Of a stretch of DNA of 64,000 nt, positions 20,001-29,000 are shown piece by piece (within the stretch, counting starts at the first letter, position 1; every line of letters starts with the position of its first letter). The notes under the pieces were generated by a model, which searched no databases, was not told the origin of the DNA, and saw nothing but the letters and a program-made list of their open reading frames with translations. A program made the position numbers and the translations under genes. The stretch is from an uncultured Methanoregula sp. (lineage in GTDB: Archaea; Halobacteriota; Methanomicrobia; Methanomicrobiales; Methanospirillaceae), in NCBI GenBank assembly GCA_964590415.1, contig CAZPVQ010000005.1, positions 26,334-90,333 on the forward strand. Reading direction: 5' to 3'.

Positions 20001-23000
20001 CATGTGCCCCGGCATTCTATGGTAAGGGAAATGCTCTGGCCAGTATGGGAATGTACAAGGAGGCAATTTTATCTTATGATTGTGCTCTTGAATTTGAACC
20101 TGACAATTTGAAAACAAATTATCAAAAGGGAAGAACTCTCCAAAATAATCAGCAGTATGCTGATGCAATCAAGGCGTTTGAGAAAGCTCTTGCAATTAAT
20201 CCTACTTTTATTGATGCACTTTTCAACAAGGGACTTTGCCTCATTCAATTAAAAGAATATAGTGAAGCGATCGATATATTTGATTCTGCCCTTGTTATTG
20301 ATCCAGTCTGTTCCCCTGCACTATATAACCTCGGTTCTGCCCAATTGCAGCTCAAACAATATTCATTCGCGCTTGAAACCTTCGATCGTGTACTTGAGAT
20401 TTCCCCGCAAAATTCAGAGGCATTATATGGAAAAGGAATCGCTTTTTTACACCTTTTCCACTATCAGGAAGCACTCAATACATTTGAGAAAGCACTCGAA
20501 CAGAACCCGGCACACATTGATTCATGGCTTTACAAAGGTATTGCTCTGACAAATCTGGACCTCCCTGAAGAGGCTATTACGGCGTTTGATCATGCACTCG
20601 CATTAAACCCAAAACATACTGAAGCGGCAGTAAGAAAAAGTATCGAGCTTCTCCGGCTTCATAAGTATGAAAACGCAGTTACGATTCTCAGCAGTTCAAT
20701 TGAAGAACAACCCCGTGATCTATGGGCATGGTGTTACCTGGGCATTGGTTTTATCGCCCTCGAACGATTTGAAGAAGCTGTTCATGCATTTGATAAAACT
20801 CTCGAAATCAACCGGCGCTGTGCCCGTGCATTTTTTGAGAGAGGGAACGCCCTGCTCCATCTGGGAAAAACACTTGAAGCTGTCGTATCTTACGACCAGG
20901 CACTCGAAATTACCCCCAAAGATCCCAAAATTCTCTATCAAAAAGGTATTGCTCTCGCTCAGCGTGAAAGGTATGATGATGCCATCACGGCATTTGAGAA
21001 GTCTTTAGCCATCGAACCTGAAAACGCACTTGGTTTTTACTTCCTGGGGGTCTCATTTGCCGGACAGGAGCGATTTACTGACGCGATAAAGGCATTCGAT
21101 AAGGCAATAGCGCTTGATCCATCAAATGCTTCCGCCTATCATTTCAAAGGTGTTGCTCTCGTCCAGCGTGAACGCTACAGCGATGCCCTGAAGTCTTTTG
21201 AGACTGCCATTACACTCGATCCTTCAGATGCATTAAATTATTATTATCTTGGGGTTTCCTATCTGCAGTCAAAAAGATATGAAGAGGCTATTTCTGCATT
21301 TATTAACGCGACAGAAATTGATCCATCGCTAACAGACAGTTACCTTTATCAGGGTATCGCCAACGCTGAACTGTCACGGTATGAAGAGGCTTTACCACTC
21401 CTGGACAGAGCTTTATCAGCGAATCCGTCGAGTATCGAAGCATTGATCTGTCGTGCGAAATCTCTTGTCAAGCTTAGTCAGTTCTCTGAAGCTATCGAAA
21501 CACATGACCGGATACTTTCTCTGAATCCTACGATTATCGAGATCTGGATGCAGAAAGGAAATGCACTTTTTTCACTTGGCAGAAAACAGGATTCTATTCT
21601 TGCTTATTCGAAAGCACTTGAGATCAATTCAAATTTTACCGAAGGTTGGGTAAAAAAGGGCAATGCCCTGCATGATCTCGGCAAGATCCACGATGCTGTG
21701 GTCTCTTATACAAAGGCGCTTGACATCAACCCTGCCCTCATGGATATCTGGATGCGAAAAGGCGATGCCCTCAACGAGCTCGGGCGAACAGAAGACGCAA
21801 TCGCGGCATACACCAAATCCTTAAAAATTGACCCGGATCAGGTTGACGGCTGGGTTAAAAATGGGAAAGCACTCTATGAACTTGGGAGATACCAGGATGC
21901 AATAGATGCTTTGGACAATGCAATCAGCCTGAACCAGAGATGCATTGAAGCATTCCACTACAAAGGACTTGCACTGGAAAAAGTGAACAGAACCAACGAG
22001 TCGATCCATGCATTTGAGGTGCTCCTTGAAATCGACCCTCACAATAGCGATGCGCAATACCATAAAGGACTTGCACTAGCCAAACTTGGCGAGCACCGCG
22101 ATGCTATTGATGCATTCGACAAGACAATTGATATACTGCCTTCATTTGCACCTGCATGGTACAACAAAGGGAGATCCTTAATCCACAACGAAAAATATCA
22201 GGCAGCGATTGACGCATTTAACCGGGCGGTGGAGATTGATTCTGCATACACTGATGTATATTATTATAAAGGCTTCGCACTATTTAAACTGGAAAAATAC
22301 ACTGAAGCAATCGAATCACTCGATAAAAATCTGGAAAAGGATATAAGTAATGCTCAGGGACACTACCACAGGGGCCTTGCACTTTCTAAACTCGAGAGAT
22401 ATGAAGAAGCTCTGGAAGCGTTTGACAAGGCACTTATCTATGATCCTGAAAATGCCCTTATTTTTTATCACAAGGGCAGATCATATGCAGGGTTGAACCG
22501 GCACAGCGAAGCAACTTTTGCTTTTGAAAAGACACTTCAGTTAAAACCCAAATATCTCGAAGCACTGATGTGTAAGGGCATTGCGCTTTATAATCTTGGG
22601 AAATTCAAAGAAGCAGTAAAGGACTTTAACAAGATAATTAATGAAAATCCAAAAAATTACCATGCTCATTATCAGAAAGGAAGAGCTCTTTTTGATTTGG
22701 GGGATGTGTCCGAAGCCATCGAAGCTTATGACCGTACAATCGAGCTGGAGGCAAATTTTACTCATGCTCATTTTCATAAGGGTTATGCTCTCTTACAAGC
22801 ATCACAGTGTGAAAACGCTATTCTGGAGTTCGATCGCACTCTGGGAATTGACCCCAATTTTGCTGATGCGCATTACAACCGTGGTATTGCCCTTGCAAAG
22901 CTTTTCAGGTTCAACGATGCAATTATTTCATTTGATAAAACACTGAACCTCCTACCGGGTTATGCTCCCGGGTTTTTCCAGAAAGGACTTGCCCTCTATG

Positions 23001-26000
23001 CAATCGGCCACTACCAGGAGTCAATAGATATATTTGACCGCACACTGGAACTAAATCCGAATTCAGGTGAAGCTGCATATAATAAATCCATCGCACTGTT
23101 TGATCTGGGGCGAAATGAAGAGTCACTTGCTGCCTGTGAGATCGCACTAAAACTCAATCCGGAGTTTATCGAAGCAGAATACCAGAAAGGAAAAGCTCTG
23201 GTTGGTCTTGAACGGTATGATGTGGCAGTTGCTGCCTTTGATCGGACAATTGAACTGGATCCAACAAATGCACAGGCGTATTATGACAAAGGTCTTGCAT
23301 TGATACACCTTGGTAAGAATCTGGAAGCGGTTGCATCATTCGATCGTCTTTTAGAACTCATACCCAGTTTCGCTCCTGCATTCTTCCAAAAAGGTATTGC
23401 GCTGGCAAATGCCGGCATGTATAATGAAGCAGTATTTGCATTCAATATCAAGCTGGAGATTACACCTGACGATGCTGAAGCTCTCTTCCAGAAAGGAATC
23501 GCACTTGCACACATGGAAAACCATGAAGAAGCTATCACCGCCTTTGAAGCTGCTTCGGGTATTGATCCATTGAAAGCTGAAATTCACTTTCAGAGAGGAT
23601 TATCTCTGGCAGCATCCGGTTATCATAGCGAAGCGGTGAATGCATTTACCCATGCACTTAAGATCAATCCCGGGTATACGGATGCTATTTACCATAAAGG
23701 TCTCTCCCTCGCTGAACTTGGTGAGTTCAACGAGGCTATTGCAGCGCTTTCCAGCGCACTTGAAGTTTCTCCAACAATTGCAAATGCATGGCTGATAAAA
23801 GGATTCTGCTTGTTCGCCGTCGGGCGCCATCAGGAAGCCCTCATTGCCTATAACGCTTCACTTCAGATTGATGCAACAAATCCCCACACCTGGTTCTATA
23901 AAGGAAGAGCCCAGATCAGTCTCGAATACCATGCAGATGCAGTGAATGCATTCGATCAGGTGCTCGCTCTCGATCCGGAGTTCGCCGAAGCATTTTACTA
24001 CAAGGGAATCGCACTTGCCAAAGATAAGAAAATTGCGGAAGCGGCAGCAGCTTTCGAACAGGCTAATCGGCTGATGCCCGATTTTACTGATGCATATCTG
24101 CAGAAAGGGAGAGCACTTGCATTACTTGGTAGCTACCATGAGGCAGTAGAAGCTTTCAGGCAGGTGCTTGTATCAAATCCCGATGATCTGACCGCGCTGT
24201 ATGGTCAGGCCCGGGCATTAGACCACCAGGGGTTGTATAAGGAGGCTATTGCAGCTTACACCCATATTAACCAGATTGAGCCAGGATGCGAACGGGTTTT
24301 TTATTACAAGGGCATCGTGCTTGTTTTAACACAAACCTATCCTGAAGCTATCGACGCATTTGGCAGGGCTCTTGCCCTTAACCCCTCCCGGGATACGTCT
24401 TGGAGCGAGATGGGGAAAGCTTTAGCTATTCTCAAAAAATATGAAAAAGCGGTGGAGGCTTTTGATGAATTTCTCGCGCTTAAACCTGATTCGGTTGATA
24501 TCCTCTTTGAAAAGGGACTCGCTCTCTCCTACATAAAAAAGCCTGAATCTGCTCTGGGCGCATTTAACCGTTGCATCGAGCTCGGATTGAATAATTCCCG
24601 CGTGTATGCAGAAAAGGGACGGGTTCTTTTTGAACTGGAAAAACATGAGGATGCCTTAGCATCCTTCGATCGTGCCCTTGAAATTGATCCAAATGATGCA
24701 GTCTCTCATCGGGTCAAAGGAGAGATTCTGGCAAAGATTAACCGGCATGAAGATGCGATCACTGAGTTCGATGCCACCCTTATTATTGATCCGGAAAATT
24801 CCCAGGCTCACCGGATGAGGGGTGTCGCACTTGCAAAACTTGATCGGTATGAAGATGCTGTAGTTGCGCTGGACCGGGCAATGGAAAATGATTCGGCGAA
24901 TCCCGATCTCCTTGCATGCAAGGGATATTCCCTTTACAAATTAAACCGATACAAAGAATCAGTTGAAGCTTTCGGGAAATCTCTAAAACGCAAACCTCAG
25001 TATGTCTTTGCTCTGTTCTATCGCGGAAAAGCTCTTCTGCATCTCAAGCGCTGGGATGAAGCGACCACTACTTTTGAAAAGGTACTTACCCTTGATGAAC
25101 AGAACGCCGAGGCATGGTATTACCGGGGAATTGGCTACGAACACATCTCACTTTATGATGATGCTCTTAGTGCGTTTGATAAGGGTTTGTCTCTTGATAG
25201 TTCATGTGCAATCGCATGGTACCATAAAGGGTACGTTCTTGGTAAACTGAATCGGTTCGATGAATCAGTGCCATCCTTTGAACGTGCTCTTGAAATTAAT
25301 CCCCAAATGCAGGATGCAGCATATCACAAAGGACTTGCACTCGCAACTATCGGACGACATGATGAAGCTGTGCAGGCATTTGAGTTGGCACTCGTTCTCG
25401 GTCCAGCCACGGGAGCACTTTACTATTATCACGGATACTCTCTCATCGGAGCCGGGCGCGACAGGGACGCAATTATATCCCTGAACCGTTCACTTGAACT
25501 TACACCTGACGATGTTGCGGCAAACCTGGCAAAAGCGGAGACACTTTTCAGGTTGAACAGTTACAACGATGCTGTGGTCGCATTCGATAAGACACTCGAA
25601 TTGGATCCCCATAATGCTCATGCCGCATTTGGCAGAGGAAAGGCACTGTCCGCAGTCGGCCATGATGAAGAAGCATTAATTGCATACGAACAGGCACTAA
25701 GCCTGGATTCAACTCTTTCTGATGCTGCGTATAATAAAGGACTTGCACTCTACCGTCTGGGTAGATACCCGGATGCCATAAAAGCATTTGATTATACCAT
25801 TGAATACGTTCCGGGGAACGCTTTGGCTCATTACCATAAAGGACTTGTATTGAACGCAACGGGAAAATATGAAAAGGCAATCCGCTCATTCAACCAGGCA
25901 CTCACCTGCGATTCTTCCATCACAGATGCGACATATCAGACAGGGATTTCCTTTGCAAACCTCGGGAAACATGAGAAAGCACTTGGTGCTTTCGATAAGA

Positions 26001-29000
26001 TACTGGACCTTACTCCCGATAATGCCACGGTCCTGTTTATGCGGGCACGTTCTCTTGTAAAACTCCTTAGGTTTGATGAGGCGCTCCAGGCGCTTGAATC
26101 TTCTTTGAATCGGGAAAATACCATTGCTGATGTCTGGGTTCTCAAAGGAAGCGTGCTTTTTGAGCTCGAACGTATGCCAGATGCTCTCGAGTCATTTGAG
26201 AGGGCAATTTCCCTGGAGCCCGACAATAATACTGCCTGGTACCGAAAGGGGAAAATATATATTGAGCTTGGGAACCCACATGAGGCAATTACCTGCTTTG
26301 ATCAGGTCCTGTCTCATGATCAGGCTTGTGCTTCGGCATGGTTACGGAAAGGAAGTACCCTGCTCTCTATCAGTCAGTTTGAACCTGCACTGGAAGCCCT
26401 CACCCGGGCTCTGGAAATTAAACCTGGGTCTGCATACGGTTGGTATGATCGGGCAATTGCACTTTTAGAACTCGGCAGATATGAAGAAGCTGTCTCGTCG
26501 TACGACAGGGTCCTTTCTATCAACCCGAAATATGCAAACGCCTACTATGACAAAGGTGTGGCTCTTGCGAAATTAGGCAAAGATCGTGAAGCAGTTGAAG
26601 TATTTGATCATGCTACGGTACTTGATCCTAAATTTATCAGTGCTTTTTACGAGAAAGGACTGGCACTTAGCCGCCTCGCAAAAAATAAGGAAGCCATTGC
26701 TGCATTTGACCGGGCACTAGCTGTTGACACATCCTATTCTCCTGCATATTTCCAAAAGGGACTGATACTCAAAAACCTGAAACGGTATGATGAGGCTCTT
26801 TCGGCGCTCAGTGCAGCTCTCACCCTTGACACAGGGAATTATGATATCTGGTTTAACAAAGGCCTTGTACTAGCCTATCTGAAAAGATTTGATGAAGCAA
26901 AAACCACATTCGACCGTGCAATCACCCTCAATAACAACTCATTCGCTGCACATTATGAAAGAGGGTACGCGCTCATAAATCTGAAACAATATGAAGAAGC
27001 AATAACCGCATTTTCGCAAGCACTTGCTTTGGATGACCAGAACAGAGATGGACATTTTGAACAAGGACTCGCGTTTGCGATGCTCGGAAGATATGAAGAA
27101 GCCGAATCGTCGTTTTCAAAAGCTCTTGCCATTGACAATGACTTTGCCGAAGGATACTATAACAAAGGACTGGCACTGGAAAATCTTGGTCGGTACGATC
27201 AGGCGATTGGTGCATTCGATCAGATACTTTCTCGTTCTCCTGAATTTTCAGCAGCATGGTATCACAAAGGCATTGCATCTGAACACCTGGGCAAAGATGA
27301 GGAGGCTGTTGAGGCATTTGAGAAAGCCCGGCAAAAAGAGCCGCACAATATTTCATTGCTTTTTTCCGAAGGGAATGCACTTTTCCGGCTTGCAAAATAT
27401 GACGATGCAATTCGTATTTTTGATATTGCACTCGAAAAGGATCCTGATAATGGCGAGATCCTGTTTGAAAAGGGTAAGGCACTTGCAAAACTGGGACGGG
27501 ACGAGGAGGCACAGGAGATTTTCGGCTTTGCAGCTGCCCGGCTTCCCAACCGATACGAACCCCCCTATTTACAGGGATTGTCTCTCGTCTCGCTCGGCAG
27601 ATTTGAAGAAGCCGGGCATGCATTCGATGCAGCGCTCGAGATAAATAAAACAGATCCCGATATATGGTATGAGAAGGGATTAGTGCTTTCAAACCTCGGT
27701 CATCCTGCAGAAGCAATAGCTGCATTTGACGACAGCATTATATACCAGCCTGATAATCCCCGGGCGTTTTTTGAGCGGGGGAAAGCTTTTACCGTTCTTG
27801 GTAAATTTGAGGATGCAATCAGTTCATTCGATTGCGTAATTGACCATTTGCCAGAAAATTCCAGTGCCCAGTACGCGAAAGGTATCGCTTTGTTCCATAT
27901 CCGTAAATTTGAAGATGCTATCAAAGTTTTGGAAAAGACACTTTCCCTCAATAAGGATAACGCAGACGCACTGTATCATTATGCAGCTTCGTTTGCCGAA
28001 CTTGGAAGATATGATGAAGCTGCAGAAGCTTTCGGGCGTTTGCTTGACATTACTCCTGATAATGCACAGGTATGGTTTGAACAGGGTATCATCTTTGCAA
28101 AACTCACCCGTCACATAGATGCAATATCCGCATTTGATAATGCACTCTCCGTAAAACCGGATTATTTTGCTGCATATTATCACAAAGCGCGTTCACTGGA
28201 TATTCTGGAGCAATCCAGCGATGCAATTGTTGTCTATAATCAGGCACTTGATCTTGATCCGGCACATTCGCCGTCACTTCACTATAAAGGTGTAGCTCAT
28301 ACACGGATTGGCAGGTTCGAAGAGGCCATCAAAGCGTTTGACCGGACACTTGAAATCGACAGCTCCTTTGCAGAAGCTTGGTTTGACAAAGGAAAGGCAC
28401 TTGCATCACTGGGAATGTTCCGCGAAGGTATAAGGGCTTTTGATAAAGCCCTAATTATCGACAAGAATTATGCTGAGGTTTATTTCCACAAAGGACTTGC
28501 ACTGGCAAATCTGGGGCGGCACGATGAAGCCATTATTGCTTTCAATAAAAATATCGACCTTAATGCAGGAAATGCTGAAGCATTCTATCACAAAGGTTTA
28601 TCCCTTATAGCAACAGGAAGGCAAAAAGATGCACTCGATGCGTTTGACCTCGTATTACAGATTAATCCCATGTCTGTTGAAACGTGGTTACACCATGGTA
28701 TGGCTCTGGCAGATCTTGGAAAATATAGTAATGCAATCAACGATTATGACAAGACGCTAGGGATTGACCCGGTTAATGCCGATGCCTGGTACCTTAAAGG
28801 AATTTCACTCTTCGCAATTTCCGATTATAAGAATGCATATGAAGCGTTTTGTAACGCACTGGAAATACACCCGGATTTTGTGTCAGCGTTCTATTATAAA
28901 GGGCGTACACTCCATGAACAGGGAATGGACAACGAAGCAGTACTATCATATGACAATGCACTTGCAGTCCAGCCGAAACATATCGAGACACTTTACCACA

